From the NCBI GenBank assembly GCA_947311825.1, contig CAMZLY010000041.1, positions 2,184 to 66,183 of the forward strand: 64,000 bases of DNA, given 5' to 3'. Below are positions 29,521 through 42,324 of this stretch, piece by piece. The notes under the pieces are model-generated. The model was not told where the DNA came from, searched no databases, and was given only the letters and a program-made list of their open reading frames with translations. Origin of the DNA: an uncultured bacterium (GTDB lineage Bacteria > Verrucomicrobiota > Kiritimatiellia > UBA8416 > CAMZLY01). Position numbers and translations under genes: made by a program. The number at the start of each line of letters is the position of its first letter. Position 1 is the stretch's first letter.

Positions 29521-29964
29521 ATGGCAGAGGAAGTTAAGGAAGCAGCTGCAGAAGAAGTTAAAAGTGATAGCCCTGTTGTTGAAGGCAAGATGGCGGAATT
29601 TATTGATTGGATTGAAACTATTTCAGTGCTAGAGCTTTCAGAGCTCGTAAAAGCTCTCGAAGATCGTCTAGGTGTTTCAGCAGCAGCTCCGGTTGCAGTT
29701 GCAGCAGTTGGCGGTGGCGGAGATGCTGGCGGTGGCGCAGCTGCAGAAGAGCAGACTGAGTTTACTGTAATGCTTACTGAAATCGGCGGTCAGAAAATTG
29801 GAGTTATTAAAGAAGTTCGTGCCATTACTGGTCTTGGACTTAAAGATTCCAAGGAACTTGTTGAAAGTGCACCTAAAGCGGTCAAAGAAGGTCTTTCAAA
29901 AGAAGATGCTGAAGAGATCAAAGGTAAGCTGGAAGCAGCTGGCGCAACAGTTGAAATTAAGTAA
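29521..29964 (+). CDS. rplL: 50S ribosomal protein L7/L12
   Basis: 147 aa with a Gly/Ala-rich hinge and conserved C-terminal domain ([10 protein letters not shown]). Confidence 0.93.
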   Translation: MAEEVKEAAAEEVKSDSPVVEGKMAEFIDWIETISVLELSELVKALEDRLGVSAAAPVAVAAVGGGGDAGGGAAAEEQTEFTVMLTEIGGQKIGVIKEVRAITGLGLKDSKELVESAPKAVKEGLSKEDAEEIKGKLEAAGATVEIK

Positions 29965-29981
29965 TTTGTTTTTACTAAACC

Positions 29982-30021
29982 AACCGAAGGTATTGACTCT
30001 TAGCGGGTCAATACCTTGGTT
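29982..30021 (+). terminator. rplL-rpoB intergenic attenuator hairpin
   Basis: About 15 bp stem: aaccgaaggtattgac ... gtcaataccttggtt. Confidence 0.55.
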
Positions 30022-30131
30022 GTTGTTTAGGACAATTTGAATAAGAAATGGTCATCCAGGCTTGTATAAAGAGTTTTATACATAGTTTTGGCGGGCTTTG
30101 TTAGGTTTATGGATGTTTTGGTTCGGCTGAT

Positions 30132-33100
30132 ATGCAGGATGATTTCAGGCCGGATAATAAGAACTTACGAACGAGGTACGGAATGGGCGATAGAAAGAAC
30201 TTCGGAAAATTAAAGGCGGTTATAGCTCCACCGGATATGATTGATATTCAAACCAAATCATATCTAAAATTTCTCCAGAAAGACGAGAGTCCTTCTAAGC
30301 GGAAAAATAAAGGTTTACAGGCTGTTTTTAAAGAAGTGTTTCCAATTGAGAGTTACGATGGCCGTTATATTGTAGATTTTGTTAAATATGAATTATCAGA
30401 TTCTAAGCTAAGCGCATTGGATTGTTTGCGTTATGGATCTACTTATGCAGCGCCTTTACGCGCTACTTTTAGGCTTCAGGATGGTGAAGAAGTAAGAGAA
30501 GAAGCTGTTTTTATGGGTGAAATCCCGTTAATGACCAATACTGGTGCCTTTGTTGTCAATGGTGCTGAACGTGTTGTTGTTAGTCAGTTGCATCGTTCTC
30601 CCGGAATATGCTCTGAATCTTCTTTGCATACAAATGGAAAGACAATATATTCTGTTCGCGTTATTCCTGATCGTGGATCGTGGATTGAGATACAGTTTGA
30701 TACTAGTGATTTGATTTGGGTATTTATGGATCGTCGTCGTCGTCGTCGTAAGTTTTTGGCAACGACATTTCTTCGTGCGATTGGCTACAGTACTGATGAA
30801 GAGTTGCTTGGTCTGTTTTATGAATTTAAGGAATTAAAAAGCAATAAGGCTTATGTTGAAGAAGATCTTGTTAATTTGGCGTTAAAGACGGATTTGATTG
30901 ATATTGATTCAAAGAACGTTATTGCGCGTAAGTATGATCCGGTAACGGTGGAGATTTTACAGCAGGCAAAAACGGCAGGATTTAAAACTGTTGAGGTTGT
31001 TGATGTATCTTGGGATGGCGGTATTTTTATGGTTAGCGTTACTGCGGATCCAAATCAGAATTCTGATGATGCGTTAAAAGATATTTACCATCGTTTGCGT
31101 CCTGGTGATCCTGCGACGCCGTCAAATGCAAAGCAGTTGCTACGTCGTTTGTTCTTTGATCCACGCCGTTATGATTTGGGTCGTGTTGGTCGTCATAAGA
31201 TCAATCAGAAACTTGGTCTTGAGGGTGAAGTTGATAAGGATCTTCGTGTTCTTGATAAACTTGATATTGTTGAAACTATCCGCCATTTAATTTCCGTGCG
31301 TAAGGGCGAGGCAACGGTTGATGATATTGATCATCTTGGAAGTCGTCGTGTTCGTACTATTGGTGAATTGCTGGAAAATCAGTGTCGTGTTGGATTGGTC
31401 CGTACTGAGCGTTTGGTTCGTGAAAGAATGACTTTGTTTGATCCTACTAAGGGAGTGCTTACACCGCAGAAGCTTGTGAATTCAAAATCGCTATCGGCAG
31501 TTGTACAGGATTTCTTTGGTCGTAGTCAGCTAAGTCAGTTTATGGATCAGACTAACCCGTTATCAGAGCTTGCACATAAACGTCGTTTAAGTGCGTTGGG
31601 ACCTGGTGGTTTGAGTAGAGAGCGTGCTGGTTTTGAGGTTCGCGATGTACATAGTAGTCATTACGGTCGTATATGTCCTATTGAAACACCTGAAGGGCCG
31701 AATATTGGTCTAATTTCTTCACTTGGTATTTATGCTAAGGTTAATGATTACGGATTTATTGAAAGTCCATACCGTAAGGTTGTTAATGGCGTTGTTAGTG
31801 ATAAGGTCTCTTATCTTTCTGCTGATATTGAAGAAACCTTTGTTATTGCACAGGCGAATGCTCCTTTAACAGATGATAGCAGGTTTGTGAATGAAAAGGT
31901 TATGGTTCGTTATCGTGCTGACTTTTTGGAAGTTCCACGTGAGGAAGTTCAGTACATGGATGTTTCTCCGAAGCAGGTTATTAGTATTGCTGCTGGCTTG
32001 ATTCCGTTTTTGGAACATGATGATGCTAACCGTGCATTGATGGGGTCTAATATGATGCGTCAGGCGGTTCCGCTATTACGTCCGGAGGCACCGTATGTTG
32101 CAACGGGTCTTGAAAGCGTTGTTGCTCGTGATTCACGTGTAACGGTTCTTGCTGAGAAAACAGGAGTAGTTGCTTATGTTTCTGCTACGAAGATCATTAT
32201 ATCTGATGACGGCAAGATTCCGGCAAAAAAAGCTGATAAAGAAACTTTTATGGAATATAATCTAGAAAAGTTTCGCCGCACTAATGCTGGTACATGTTTT
32301 AATCAGAAGCCTATTGTTGAAATTGGGCAGAAAATTAACAGTGGTGACGTGATTGCTGATGGCCCTGCTACCGATGGTGGAGAGCTTGCTCTTGGCAAGA
32401 ACTTGACTGTTGCATTTATGCCTTGGGGTGGATACAATTTTGAGGATGCTATTTTGCTAAGTGAGCGTATTGTACGTGATGATGTGTTTACATCAATTCA
32501 TATTCAAGATTTTGAAATTGGTGCACGTGATACTAAGCTTGGCCCAGAGGAAATTACTCGTGATATCCCAAATGTTGGGGAAGAGGCCTTGAAGAATCTG
32601 GCAGCAGACGGAGTTATCCGTGTTGGTGCGCGGGTTAAGCCTGGCGATATTCTGGTTGGTAAAATCACTCCAAAAAGCGAAACGGAGCTGGCACCTGAAG
32701 AACGGTTGTTAAGAGCTATTTTTGGCGAAAAAGCAGCTGAAGTTCGTGATACTTCTTTAACTGTTCCTAGTGGGGTTAGAGGAATTGTGATTGATGTTCA
32801 GACTACTGCTACACGTGAAGTGAAAACTAATAATGCTGATACTCCTGCAGACAGAAAACGTCAGGTCAAAAACATTAAGGAAGATTATAAAAAGAATGTT
32901 GCCGAGTTGACTGAAGAGCTTACGGAAGCTTTGAGTAATATCTTGCTTGGTGAAAAGATTCCGCTTGATGTTGTTGATGTGGAAACGGATGAGATTATCA
33001 TTCCTGCAAACCGTAAAATTACAAAGACGTTGTTACGTAAGCTTGCTTCGTGCAGTGAGCATATTCACATTGAGAGTAGCCCTATACAGATTAAGATTGA

Positions 33101-33962
33101 TGAAATTATTGGTGAGTTTACGCCGAAGTTTGCTGATCTTAATGAAGGACGCGAACGTAATCTTGATCGTATTGAGAGCGGCGATGAGTTGGATGCCGGA
33201 ATTATTAAGCAGGTGCGAGTATATATTGCAGCTAAGAAGAAGCTTAATGTTGGTGATAAACTTGCTGGTCGTCATGGTAACAAAGGTGTTGTTTCGCGAA
33301 TTATGCCGGATTGCGAAATGCCATTTTTACCAAATGGAAGACCAGTTGATATTGTTTTGAATCCACTTGGTGTGCCATCTCGTATGAATGTCGGACAGGT
33401 ACTGGAAACGCATTTAGGTGCGGCTTGCAGAATTTTGGGTATGAATGCCGCAACACAGGTGTTTGATGGTATTTCCGAGAAGAAGATTATGGAATATCTT
33501 GAACAGGCAAACCTTCCTGCCGATGGAAAAACGGAATTGTTTGATGGACGTACCGGTGAAAAACTTGATCAGCGTGTGGTTGTTGGTGAAATTTATATGC
33601 TGAAGCTTCATCATCTCGTGACAGACAAGATTCACGCACGAGCGGTTGGTCCTTATTCACTTGTTACGCAGCAACCTTTGGGTGGTAAAGCCCAGTATGG
33701 TGGACAGCGACTTGGTGAAATGGAAGTTTGGGCGCTTGAGGCTTATGGTGTTGCGTTTACATTGCAGGAACTCTTGACAGTTAAGAGTGATGATGTTGCT
33801 GGAAGAACGCGGATTTATGAGTCGATTGTAAAAGGAGAAAACACGTTGTCGGCCGGTATGCCGGAGTCGTTCAGCGTGCTTATCAACGAACTGCGCGGTC
33901 TTTGCCTTAATGTTAGGGTAAAGGGTGAGAAGTCAAGTACAGAGCTTTTTAATAGGGGGTAG
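30132..33962 (+). CDS. rpoB: DNA-directed RNA polymerase subunit beta
   Basis: Conserved throughout, including rifampicin-cluster regions. The alternative start ATG 30183 has a better RBS (GAGGT). Contains an in-frame (CGT)6 at 30732-30749. Confidence 0.97.
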   Translation: MQDDFRPDNKNLRTRYGMGDRKNFGKLKAVIAPPDMIDIQTKSYLKFLQKDESPSKRKNKGLQAVFKEVFPIESYDGRYIVDFVKYELSDSKLSALDCLRYGSTYAAPLRATFRLQDGEEVREEAVFMGEIPLMTNTGAFVVNGAERVVVSQLHRSPGICSESSLHTNGKTIYSVRVIPDRGSWIEIQFDTSDLIWVFMDRRRRRRKFLATTFLRAIGYSTDEELLGLFYEFKELKSNKAYVEEDLVNLALKTDLIDIDSKNVIARKYDPVTVEILQQAKTAGFKTVEVVDVSWDGGIFMVSVTADPNQNSDDALKDIYHRLRPGDPATPSNAKQLLRRLFFDPRRYDLGRVGRHKINQKLGLEGEVDKDLRVLDKLDIVETIRHLISVRKGEATVDDIDHLGSRRVRTIGELLENQCRVGLVRTERLVRERMTLFDPTKGVLTPQKLVNSKSLSAVVQDFFGRSQLSQFMDQTNPLSELAHKRRLSALGPGGLSRERAGFEVRDVHSSHYGRICPIETPEGPNIGLISSLGIYAKVNDYGFIESPYRKVVNGVVSDKVSYLSADIEETFVIAQANAPLTDDSRFVNEKVMVRYRADFLEVPREEVQYMDVSPKQVISIAAGLIPFLEHDDANRALMGSNMMRQAVPLLRPEAPYVATGLESVVARDSRVTVLAEKTGVVAYVSATKIIISDDGKIPAKKADKETFMEYNLEKFRRTNAGTCFNQKPIVEIGQKINSGDVIADGPATDGGELALGKNLTVAFMPWGGYNFEDAILLSERIVRDDVFTSIHIQDFEIGARDTKLGPEEITRDIPNVGEEALKNLAADGVIRVGARVKPGDILVGKITPKSETELAPEERLLRAIFGEKAAEVRDTSLTVPSGVRGIVIDVQTTATREVKTNNADTPADRKRQVKNIKEDYKKNVAELTEELTEALSNILLGEKIPLDVVDVETDEIIIPANRKITKTLLRKLASCSEHIHIESSPIQIKIDEIIGEFTPKFADLNEGRERNLDRIESGDELDAGIIKQVRVYIAAKKKLNVGDKLAGRHGNKGVVSRIMPDCEMPFLPNGRPVDIVLNPLGVPSRMNVGQVLETHLGAACRILGMNAATQVFDGISEKKIMEYLEQANLPADGKTELFDGRTGEKLDQRVVVGEIYMLKLHHLVTDKIHARAVGPYSLVTQQPLGGKAQYGGQRLGEMEVWALEAYGVAFTLQELLTVKSDDVAGRTRIYESIVKGENTLSAGMPESFSVLINELRGLCLNVRVKGEKSSTELFNRG

Positions 33963-33965
33963 AAC

Positions 33966-36900
33966 TTGAATTACTACGCTGGAAGAGAATTATCAGAATT
34001 ATCAGAATATGACAAATTAGATCATGTATCGATCACGTTGGCGGCGCCGGAGACTATCCGTGCGTGGAGCCGAGGTGAAGTTAAAAATCCTGAAACGATT
34101 AATTACCGGACATATAAACCGGAACGTGGTGGATTATTTTGCGAGCGCATTTTTGGGCCGACTAAGGACTGGGAGTGTAGTTGTGGAAAATATAAGAGAA
34201 TTAAGCATAAAGGTGTGATTTGTGACCGTTGTGGTGTTGAGGTGACAGTTTCTCGTGTTAGACGTGAGCGTTTAGCACATATTGAATTGGCTGTTCCTGT
34301 ATCGCATATTTGGTTTTTTAAATGTACGCCAAGCCGAATTGGTTTGATGCTTGATATGACAGCAAGTAGTCTTGAGCGTGTTCTCTATTATGAGGATTAT
34401 ATTGTTGTTGATCCTGGTGATACGCCGTTAAAAGAGAAGCAGTTGCTTACTGATACAGAGTTTCGTGAAGCCGAAGATAAATATGGCGATAGTTTTGATG
34501 CACGTATGGGGGCTGACGCTGTTCGTGATGTGCTTCGTAAACTAGATTTGGATTCTTTGATTGATCAGTTAGAAGAAGATATTGAAAACACTCGCAGTAA
34601 ACAGACACGTAAGAAACTTTCTAAACGCATGAAGGCTGTTGAAGGTTTCCGTCGTAGCGAAACACGTCCTGAGTGGATGGTATTGGAAGTTCTGCCGGTT
34701 ATTCCGCCTGATTTGCGGCCCTTGGTTCCGCTGGAAGGTGGTCGTTTTGCTACATCTGATTTGAATGACCTGTATCGTCGTGTTATCAATCGTAACAATC
34801 GTTTGAAGAACTTGTTGTTATTGAAGACTCCTGATGTAATTATCAGAAACGAAAAGCGCATGTTACAGGAAGCTGTTGATGCGGTATTTGATAATGGTAG
34901 ACATGGACGTGCTGTAACGGGGGCTGGTAACAGACCTCTTAAATCATTGAGTGATATGCTTCGTGGTAAGGGTGGTCGTTTCCGTCAGAACCTGCTGGGT
35001 AAGCGTGTTGATTATTCTGGACGTTCTGTAATTGTTGTTGGACCTGAGCTTAAGTTGCATCAGTGTGGCTTGCCTAAGAAAATGGCGTTAGTTTTATTTG
35101 AGCCGTTTATTATTAAGCGTCTTAAAGATCTTGGTGCTGCACATACAGTTCGTAGTGCAAAGAAACTTATTGAGAAGCAGTCGCCGGAAGTTTGGGATAT
35201 TATTGAAGATGTAACACGCGGCAAGACTGTTATGCTCAACCGTGCACCTACATTGCATAGACTTAGTATGCAGGCATTTGAGCCGGTACTTGTTGAAGGT
35301 GATGCATTGCGTATTCATCCTTTGGTTTGTACAGCGTTTAATGCTGACTTTGATGGTGACCAGATGGCTGTTCATGTGCCACTTTCAATTGAAGCACAGA
35401 TTGAGACTAAATTGTTGATGATGTCAACAAATAGTATTTTTTCACCTTCCAGTGGTAATTCTATAATGACACCTACGCAAGATATTGCATTGGGTATTTA
35501 TTATATGACTGCACTTGCGCACAAAGATAAGCTTAGTCAATTTTCTAAGAAGAAAAGATCTAAGAATGAGCGTTTAGCTATTATTGGTAATACTGATGAA
35601 GTTAGAGTTGCTTATGATGATAGATCTTTATTGTTGCATGACAGAATTCTGTTTGCGAATCCTGATTTTGGTAAAGATACAGTTTTTGGAGACAAAGAAT
35701 CTAAATTGATAGAAACTACTGTTGGGCGCGTTATTTTTAATGAGTTGTGGCCTGACGGCATGGGGTTTGTAAACAAGGTGGTTAACAAGGGTGTGCTTGG
35801 TAATTTAATTTGGCAATGCCATAAACTCACCGGTAAAAATGTAACTGTTGAAATCCTTGATAGACTGAAAAGCTTAGGGTTTGAAAATGCTACATTGGCT
35901 GGTGTATCGATTGGTATGGTGGATATGATTATTCCTGCTGATAAGAAAGTTATTATCAATGGTGCTATGAGTACGGTTGCTGAAGTTGATAACCAATATC
36001 GTCAGGGTATTATTACTGATGGTGAGCGTTATAATAAGATTATTGATATCTGGACTGATGCTACTGAAAATATTTCCAATTCTATGTACCGTGCAATTGA
36101 AGAGAATGATATTGATAGCAATGAAATCAACCCCGTTTATATGATGGTAGACTCAAAGGCTCGTGGTAGTCGTCAGCAGATTCGTCAGTTGGCGGGGATG
36201 CGCGGTTTGATGGCTAAACCATCTGGTGAGATTATTGAGCGTCCTATTATTTCTAACTTCCGTGAAGGTTTAACTGTATTGGAATACTTTATTAGTACGC
36301 ATGGTGCTCGTAAAGGATTGGCTGATACAGCACTTAAAACTGCGGATGCGGGATATTTGACTCGTAAATTGGTTGATGTATCTCAGGATGTTATTATTGT
36401 TGAACAGGATTGTAAGACTGTTAATGGTGCTGATCTTGCGGTAATGGCTGATGGAGAAGATGATCTTACAACATTACGTACACATACACTTGGTCGTACT
36501 GTACTTGAAGATGTGGTTTGTCCTGATGGCGAAGTTATTGTTAAGGCTGGTAATGAAATCAACGAAGAGGCATGCGACTTGATTCTTTCCAAGAATATAA
36601 CGAAAGTTAGAATGCGCAGTGTATTAACTTGTGAATCGCGCACTGGTCTTTGTGCAAAATGTTATGGACGTGATCTTGCTACTGGTGGTCCGGTTGAAAT
36701 CGGAACGGCGGTTGGTATTATTGCCGCCCAGTCAATTGGTGAGCCAGGAACACAGCTTACTATGCGTACTTTCCATATTGGTGGTACGGCTAGTACAAGT
36801 TTTAAACAGCCGGAAATTAACACTAAGAACGCTGGGGCTATACGTTATCACGATTTACGCGTGGTTCGTAATAAGGAAGGCGATCATGTTGTGTTAAATA

Positions 36901-38126
36901 AGAATGGTGCAATTGGAGTATATTCTGATTCTGGTGTTGAGCTTGAACGTTATACACTTAACCTTGGTTCCATTTTGTTGGTTGATGACGGAGTTACAGT
37001 TAAAGCAGAAAAGATGATTGCGAAATGGGATCCATACAGTGTGCCAGTTCTTGCCGAGCAGGAAGGGGCTATTGAATTTGTTGATTTTGTAAATAACGTA
37101 ACAATGAAGACTGAGGTTGATGAAGTTACTGGCCTTGAGGGTACTGTTATTCTTGAAAGTAAAGAAGATTTGCATCCACAGATTGTGATTAGAGATGCAT
37201 CTGGTAAAGAAATATTGGGATTTTATAGTATTCCTACCGGTGCTCACGTTATTGTTAAGGCTGGTGATAAGGTTAAGCCTGGTGATCAATTGGCTAAGAT
37301 TCCACGTAAGGATTCAAAGACAAAAGATATTACTGGTGGTTTGCCGCGAGTTGCAGAGTTATTTGAAGCTCGTCAGCCGCGTGATGCTGCTGAGATTGCT
37401 AAGATTGAAGGTATTGTTGACTTTGGTCCTAACCAACGCGGACGTAGATGTCTTATTCTCCGTGATGAAATCACTGGTGGTACAGAAGAGCATCTTATCC
37501 CTATGGGGAAACATATTGTTGTATTTAAGGGTGATAGAGTTCGTAAAGGACAGCAACTTACTGATGGGCCAGTTGTGCCACAGGAAATTCTAGAAGTTTG
37601 CGGACCCCAGGAGTTGCAGGAGTACTTGGTAAGTGAAGTTCAGCAGGTTTATAGACTGCAGGGTGTAGAAATTAATGATAAACATATTGAGATTATAGTT
37701 CGTCAGATGTTGCGTAAAGTACGTGTTACGGATCCAGGCGATACTGATTTCTTGTGGGGTGAGCAAGTGATGAAGCAGGCATTTTTGGAAGAAAATGAAG
37801 CTGCAATACGTGAAGGAAAGCGTCCGGCGGAAGCAACACCGGCTCTGCTTGGTATCACGAAAGCATCGCTTGAAACTGATAGTTTTATTTCTGCTGCATC
37901 TTTCCAGGACACTACGCGTGTGTTAACTGACGCTGCAACACTGGGCAAAAAGGACACATTGCGTGGCTTTAAAGAGAATGTAATTATGGGGCATTTGATT
38001 CCTGGCGGAACCGGATTCCACATGTATCGTGATATTAAATTAGTGCCATTAGTGGAGCCTTTGGAAGATGAAAAAGCCAAGGATAAAACTGATGCAGAAA
38101 AAAAATTGCAAGATTTATTAGGTTAA
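33966..38126 (+). CDS. rpoC: DNA-directed RNA polymerase subunit beta'
   Basis: Conserved throughout (NADFDGD catalytic motif, zinc-binding cysteines). Apparent TTG start 4 nt after the rpoB stop, preceded by a GGGGG RBS. Confidence 0.97.
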   Translation: MNYYAGRELSELSEYDKLDHVSITLAAPETIRAWSRGEVKNPETINYRTYKPERGGLFCERIFGPTKDWECSCGKYKRIKHKGVICDRCGVEVTVSRVRRERLAHIELAVPVSHIWFFKCTPSRIGLMLDMTASSLERVLYYEDYIVVDPGDTPLKEKQLLTDTEFREAEDKYGDSFDARMGADAVRDVLRKLDLDSLIDQLEEDIENTRSKQTRKKLSKRMKAVEGFRRSETRPEWMVLEVLPVIPPDLRPLVPLEGGRFATSDLNDLYRRVINRNNRLKNLLLLKTPDVIIRNEKRMLQEAVDAVFDNGRHGRAVTGAGNRPLKSLSDMLRGKGGRFRQNLLGKRVDYSGRSVIVVGPELKLHQCGLPKKMALVLFEPFIIKRLKDLGAAHTVRSAKKLIEKQSPEVWDIIEDVTRGKTVMLNRAPTLHRLSMQAFEPVLVEGDALRIHPLVCTAFNADFDGDQMAVHVPLSIEAQIETKLLMMSTNSIFSPSSGNSIMTPTQDIALGIYYMTALAHKDKLSQFSKKKRSKNERLAIIGNTDEVRVAYDDRSLLLHDRILFANPDFGKDTVFGDKESKLIETTVGRVIFNELWPDGMGFVNKVVNKGVLGNLIWQCHKLTGKNVTVEILDRLKSLGFENATLAGVSIGMVDMIIPADKKVIINGAMSTVAEVDNQYRQGIITDGERYNKIIDIWTDATENISNSMYRAIEENDIDSNEINPVYMMVDSKARGSRQQIRQLAGMRGLMAKPSGEIIERPIISNFREGLTVLEYFISTHGARKGLADTALKTADAGYLTRKLVDVSQDVIIVEQDCKTVNGADLAVMADGEDDLTTLRTHTLGRTVLEDVVCPDGEVIVKAGNEINEEACDLILSKNITKVRMRSVLTCESRTGLCAKCYGRDLATGGPVEIGTAVGIIAAQSIGEPGTQLTMRTFHIGGTASTSFKQPEINTKNAGAIRYHDLRVVRNKEGDHVVLNKNGAIGVYSDSGVELERYTLNLGSILLVDDGVTVKAEKMIAKWDPYSVPVLAEQEGAIEFVDFVNNVTMKTEVDEVTGLEGTVILESKEDLHPQIVIRDASGKEILGFYSIPTGAHVIVKAGDKVKPGDQLAKIPRKDSKTKDITGGLPRVAELFEARQPRDAAEIAKIEGIVDFGPNQRGRRCLILRDEITGGTEEHLIPMGKHIVVFKGDRVRKGQQLTDGPVVPQEILEVCGPQELQEYLVSEVQQVYRLQGVEINDKHIEIIVRQMLRKVRVTDPGDTDFLWGEQVMKQAFLEENEAAIREGKRPAEATPALLGITKASLETDSFISAASFQDTTRVLTDAATLGKKDTLRGFKENVIMGHLIPGGTGFHMYRDIKLVPLVEPLEDEKAKDKTDAEKKLQDLLG

Positions 38127-38193
38127 GCTTGTTGAACCGGAAAAATAGTGATATTGTTCCGGCTGATTTTACCAAATAGAGAAAGAAGAAAAT

Positions 38194-38568
38194 ATGCCTA
38201 CAATTAATCAACTTGTAAGAAAAGGCCGTAAGAAGATACGTAAAAAGGTTAAGTGTCCTGCTTTGGTGGGGTGTCCCCAAAGACGTGGAGTTTGTCTGCA
38301 GGTAAAGACAATGACTCCTAAAAAGCCTAACTCTGCTTTGCGTAAAGTGGCGAGAGTTCGTTTGACTTCTGGGTTTGAAGTTAATGCGTATATTCCTGGT
38401 GAGGGTCACAATCTACAGGAACATAGTGTAGTATTGGTCAGAGGCGGTCGTGTCTCCGATTTACCAGGTGTACGTTACCATATTGTGCGTGGCACATTGG
38501 ATAGCTTGGGCGTTGATGGTCGCAAGCAGAGTCGTTCTAAGTACGGTGTTAAACAGCCAAAAGGTTGA
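38194..38568 (+). CDS. rpsL: 30S ribosomal protein S12
   Basis: [12 protein letters not shown] ...; 124 aa. Confidence 0.97.
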   Translation: MPTINQLVRKGRKKIRKKVKCPALVGCPQRRGVCLQVKTMTPKKPNSALRKVARVRLTSGFEVNAYIPGEGHNLQEHSVVLVRGGRVSDLPGVRYHIVRGTLDSLGVDGRKQSRSKYGVKQPKG

Positions 38569-38678
38569 TGCATCTAATTTTGTTTAAAGAATTCTGACTT
38601 TCTGTCGGTATTTACGGGCTTGGCCGGATGGTTAAGTAGTGTATATTGACGGGAAGTTAAATAATGTCGGAGTAAAAG

Positions 38679-39149
38679 ATGGCCAGAAGGCGGAGAGCAG
38701 AGAAACGGAGTGTAACTCCTGATCCAAAGTTTAATAGTGAACTTGTTGCAAAGATCATCAACTACGTGATGGAGCGCGGTAAAAAGACTACAGCTGAGCG
38801 TATTGTATATGGAGCGCTTACTACAATTGATGAAAAAATGAGTGAAGATCCACTAGAGGTGTTGATTAGAGCAGTTGACAATATGAAGCCGCGCGTTGAA
38901 GTTAAGTCTCGCCGTGTTGGTGGTGCAACGTATCAGGTCCCGGTTGAAGTTCACCGTGACCGTCAGTTAGCTCTGGCAATTCGTTGGATGATTTCATCTT
39001 CAAAGGGGCGTCGCGGTGTTCCAATGCAGCGTGCTGTAGCTATGGAGTTGATGGATGCATATAACAATCAGGGCAGTGTTATAAAGAAAAAAGATGATAC
39101 GCATAGAATGGCACAGGCTAATAAAGCTTTTGCTCATTATGCATGGTAG
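38679..39149 (+). CDS. rpsG: 30S ribosomal protein S7
   Basis: 156 aa, conserved. Confidence 0.95.
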   Translation: MARRRRAEKRSVTPDPKFNSELVAKIINYVMERGKKTTAERIVYGALTTIDEKMSEDPLEVLIRAVDNMKPRVEVKSRRVGGATYQVPVEVHRDRQLALAIRWMISSSKGRRGVPMQRAVAMELMDAYNNQGSVIKKKDDTHRMAQANKAFAHYAW

Positions 39150-39179
39150 TTTTGTCGTAAGGTGCAGGAATAAAAGAAA

Positions 39180-41315
39180 ATGGTAATGGTTTTGGACAAT
39201 AACAAAAAACGCAAAAGCACGGCAGGCAACGTTAAACGCGAAGCTACTGAGCGCGATAGTGGTTTATCCATGGTTCGTAATATTGGCGTTATTGCTCATA
39301 TTGATGCGGGCAAGACCACTACCACTGAGCGTATTCTTTATTATGCCGGTAAAGTATATAAAGTTGGCGAAGTGCATGATGGCACGGCGGTGATGGATTA
39401 TATGGAGCAGGAAAAAGAACGCGGCATTACTATTACCAGTGCGGCAACTACTTGTTTTTGGAATGATTGTCAAATTAATATTATAGATACACCTGGGCAT
39501 GTTGATTTTACTGTTGAAGTTGAGCGCTCTTTAAGAGTTCTTGATGGGGCAGTGGGTGTTTTTTGTGGTGTTGGTGGTGTTCAGCCGCAGTCTGAAACGG
39601 TATGGCGTCAGGCGGAAGAGTATTCAGTTCCACGGATTGCTTTTATTAATAAGATGGATCGTATGGGGGCTGATTTTGATCGAGTTGTTGCGGACATGCG
39701 TAAGAGTTTAGGTTCGAATGCCGTTCCACTTCAATTGGCTTGGGGTCGCGAGGAAAACTTTAAGGGTGTCATTGATTTGATTGATTTAAAGGCTATCAGT
39801 TATGATGAATCATCTAAAGGTATGGATATGGTTGTTGAGCCTATTCCGCCTGAATTAGGTGCTGAGGCAGAACGTGCAAGGGTTCATCTGATTGAAAGTG
39901 TTGCTGAAACTGATGAAGAGGTTCTGGAGGCTTATCTTGAAAATCCTGACCTTGATTCTGATATTTTACGTGCTGGCATTCGCCGTGTAACTTTGGCTGG
40001 TGTAATGTTGCCGGTTTTATGTGGTTCTTCTCTTAAGAATCGTGGTGTTCAACAATTGATGGATGCAGTAGTATCGTATTTGCCATCGCCATTGGATATG
40101 CCTCCGGTTGTCGGAGTGCATCCAAAGACTGACGAACAGCTGGAATTTATTGCTGATGACAGTGCATCCTTGGCTGCATTAGTATTTAAGGTTATAAACG
40201 ACCCGTATATGGGGAAAATGGCATTTGTTCGGGTTTATTCTGGTGTTCTTAAAAAGGGATCAAATATTTTCAATCCCCGTCTTGGTAAGCGTGAGCGTAT
40301 TAGCCGTTTGTTGCGTTTGCATGCAAATGATCGCACTGATGTTGATAAGATTTTTTCTGGCGAGATAGGTGCTATTATAGGTCTTAAAAATTTCACTACT
40401 GGCGATACGCTTTGCAATGAGAATATGCCGGTTGAGCTGGATCGAATCAAATTTCCGGAGCCGGTGATTTTTATGGCAATTGAGCCAAGAAGCACTGCTG
40501 ACCGCGATAAACTTATTGATGCACTTGATGCAATGGCGGCAGAAGACCCAACCTGCTGTGTTAGAATTAATGAAGATACTGGGCAGAAGATTATCAGTGG
40601 AATGGGCGAGCTTCATCTTGAAATTATCAAGGATCGCTTGAAGCGCGAATATGGTGTAGAGGCAAATACTGGGCGTCCAATGGTTGCGTATCATGAGACA
40701 ATCACCAAAACGGCAACAGCAGAATATAATTTTGATCGTGAAATTGGCGGTAATCGTCAGGTTGGACATGTTATTTTAGAAGTATCTCCTTTACCTAGGC
40801 GTGAAGGTGTTAAAATTGAATTTGAAGTGAGCACTAATGTTATTCCTCAGGTTTTCCGTAAGGATATAGAGGCTGGTCTGCAGGATGTTATCATGACGGG
40901 CGTTTTGGCTCGTTATGCACTTGTGGATATGTTAGTGAAAGTGGTTGGAGGAACGTGTGATTCTGAGCTGTCTACAGATGTGGCATTCAGATCGGCTTCC
41001 GTTATGGCATTAAGGGCGGCAGTGACAGCTGCTGGACCGGAATTGCTTGAGCCAATTATGGCGCTTGATATCGTTACGCCGGCTGAAGTTATGGGCGACG
41101 TATTGGGCGATCTTAATTCCCGTCGCGGAAAAGTGAAGGGAATGGAGACGCATGGAGATATGCAAATTGTACAGGCGGGAGTACCGCTTGCGGAATTGTT
41201 TGGATATTCTACGGTAATTAGATCACTAACTCGCGGGCGTGCCACCTATACGATGGAGCCTGAAGAGTTTGCGATTGTACCGGAGGATATTAAACAGGAG
41301 TTGTTAAGTAAGTAA
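39180..41315 (+). CDS. fusA: elongation factor G
   Basis: [21 protein letters not shown]. An N-terminal extension of about 30 aa lies before the G domain; the start is uncertain. Confidence 0.95.
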   Translation: MVMVLDNNKKRKSTAGNVKREATERDSGLSMVRNIGVIAHIDAGKTTTTERILYYAGKVYKVGEVHDGTAVMDYMEQEKERGITITSAATTCFWNDCQINIIDTPGHVDFTVEVERSLRVLDGAVGVFCGVGGVQPQSETVWRQAEEYSVPRIAFINKMDRMGADFDRVVADMRKSLGSNAVPLQLAWGREENFKGVIDLIDLKAISYDESSKGMDMVVEPIPPELGAEAERARVHLIESVAETDEEVLEAYLENPDLDSDILRAGIRRVTLAGVMLPVLCGSSLKNRGVQQLMDAVVSYLPSPLDMPPVVGVHPKTDEQLEFIADDSASLAALVFKVINDPYMGKMAFVRVYSGVLKKGSNIFNPRLGKRERISRLLRLHANDRTDVDKIFSGEIGAIIGLKNFTTGDTLCNENMPVELDRIKFPEPVIFMAIEPRSTADRDKLIDALDAMAAEDPTCCVRINEDTGQKIISGMGELHLEIIKDRLKREYGVEANTGRPMVAYHETITKTATAEYNFDREIGGNRQVGHVILEVSPLPRREGVKIEFEVSTNVIPQVFRKDIEAGLQDVIMTGVLARYALVDMLVKVVGGTCDSELSTDVAFRSASVMALRAAVTAAGPELLEPIMALDIVTPAEVMGDVLGDLNSRRGKVKGMETHGDMQIVQAGVPLAELFGYSTVIRSLTRGRATYTMEPEEFAIVPEDIKQELLSK

Positions 41316-41365
41316 GCGGTAGATGCGGCATTGGTGCCGTTAATAATAGATACCAGGAAAAATAA

Positions 41366-41674
41366 ATGGAACGTCAACGTATTAGAATAAAATTACAAGG
41401 GTACGATTATGGGGTATTGGATCAGGCCGTACTAGACATAATTGATACAGCAAAGGGATCAGGGTCTCAGGTTATTGGACCTATTCCATTGCCGACGGTT
41501 ATAGAACGTTATACCGTTAATAAAAGCCCGCATGTAAACAAGAAGGCAATGGATCAGTTTGAGATGCGGACGCATAAGCGTTTGTTGGATATCGTAGAGC
41601 CGACAGCAAAAACAGTGGATGAGTTGAAGAAACTGAATTTGCCGGCTGGTGTGGGAATAACAATTAAGATTTGA
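41366..41674 (+). CDS. rpsJ: 30S ribosomal protein S10
   Basis: 102 aa, conserved; follows fusA directly (no tuf copy here). Confidence 0.95.
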   Translation: MERQRIRIKLQGYDYGVLDQAVLDIIDTAKGSGSQVIGPIPLPTVIERYTVNKSPHVNKKAMDQFEMRTHKRLLDIVEPTAKTVDELKKLNLPAGVGITIKI

Positions 41675-41682
41675 GTGGTGTC

Positions 41683-42324
41683 ATGCAAGGGTTAATTGGA
41701 AAAAAATTAGGAATGACTCAGGTATATGACGGTGATGGCCGTCGAGTTGCAGTTACTGTGATTGAGCTTGGGCCGTGTTTGGTTGTGCAGCGCAAAACCA
41801 ACGATAATGATGGATACGAAGCAGCGCAACTAGGTTTTGCTGAGCAAAAAGAGTCGCGGGTTAAGAAACCGTTATTAGGTAAATTTAAGAAACTAGATAA
41901 AGCACCTCTTCGTCATTTGAAGGAATTCGGTTTGGATAAAGCTGAAGAAGTTAATGAAGGTGACGTTATTAAGGTTGATACTTTTGAGGGATGTTCACAC
42001 GTAGATGTTAGTGCTACTTCCAAGGGACGCGGTTTCCAGGGTGGAGTTAAGCGTTATAATATGCGTGGTGGTCGTATGACCCATGGTGGACATGCTAAAC
42101 GTAAAATTGGTTCAATCGGACAGTGTTCTTATCCAGCTCGTGTTGCTAAAGGGCAACGTATGCCTGGGCACATGGGTAATAAGAGAATTACCATGGAGAG
42201 TCTGGCGGTTGTGGAGTTGATCGGTGATGACAATTTGATGTTAGTTCGCGGTGCAGTACCGGGACCTAATGGCGGTATTGTTGAGGTCAGAAAATCCTTA
42301 AAGAAGTCAGGTAGGGGTTTATGA
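41683..42324 (+). CDS. rplC: 50S ribosomal protein L3
   Basis: Start chosen at ATG 41683 (MQGLIGKKLGMTQV); the track uses a TTG at 41671. Confidence 0.93.
   Translation: MQGLIGKKLGMTQVYDGDGRRVAVTVIELGPCLVVQRKTNDNDGYEAAQLGFAEQKESRVKKPLLGKFKKLDKAPLRHLKEFGLDKAEEVNEGDVIKVDTFEGCSHVDVSATSKGRGFQGGVKRYNMRGGRMTHGGHAKRKIGSIGQCSYPARVAKGQRMPGHMGNKRITMESLAVVELIGDDNLMLVRGAVPGPNGGIVEVRKSLKKSGRGL

Noticed and set aside
31105-37593. Numerous 60-140 aa ORFs on both strands inside rpoB and rpoC
   Set aside because: They are embedded in or antisense to strongly conserved coding sequence and are spurious.
38137-38170. Hairpin CCGGAA ... TTCCGG plus T-tract between rpoC and rpsL as a full terminator
   Set aside because: The stem is only 6 bp and the U-tract is interrupted. 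It is more likely a partial attenuator, and the cluster continues in the same orientation.
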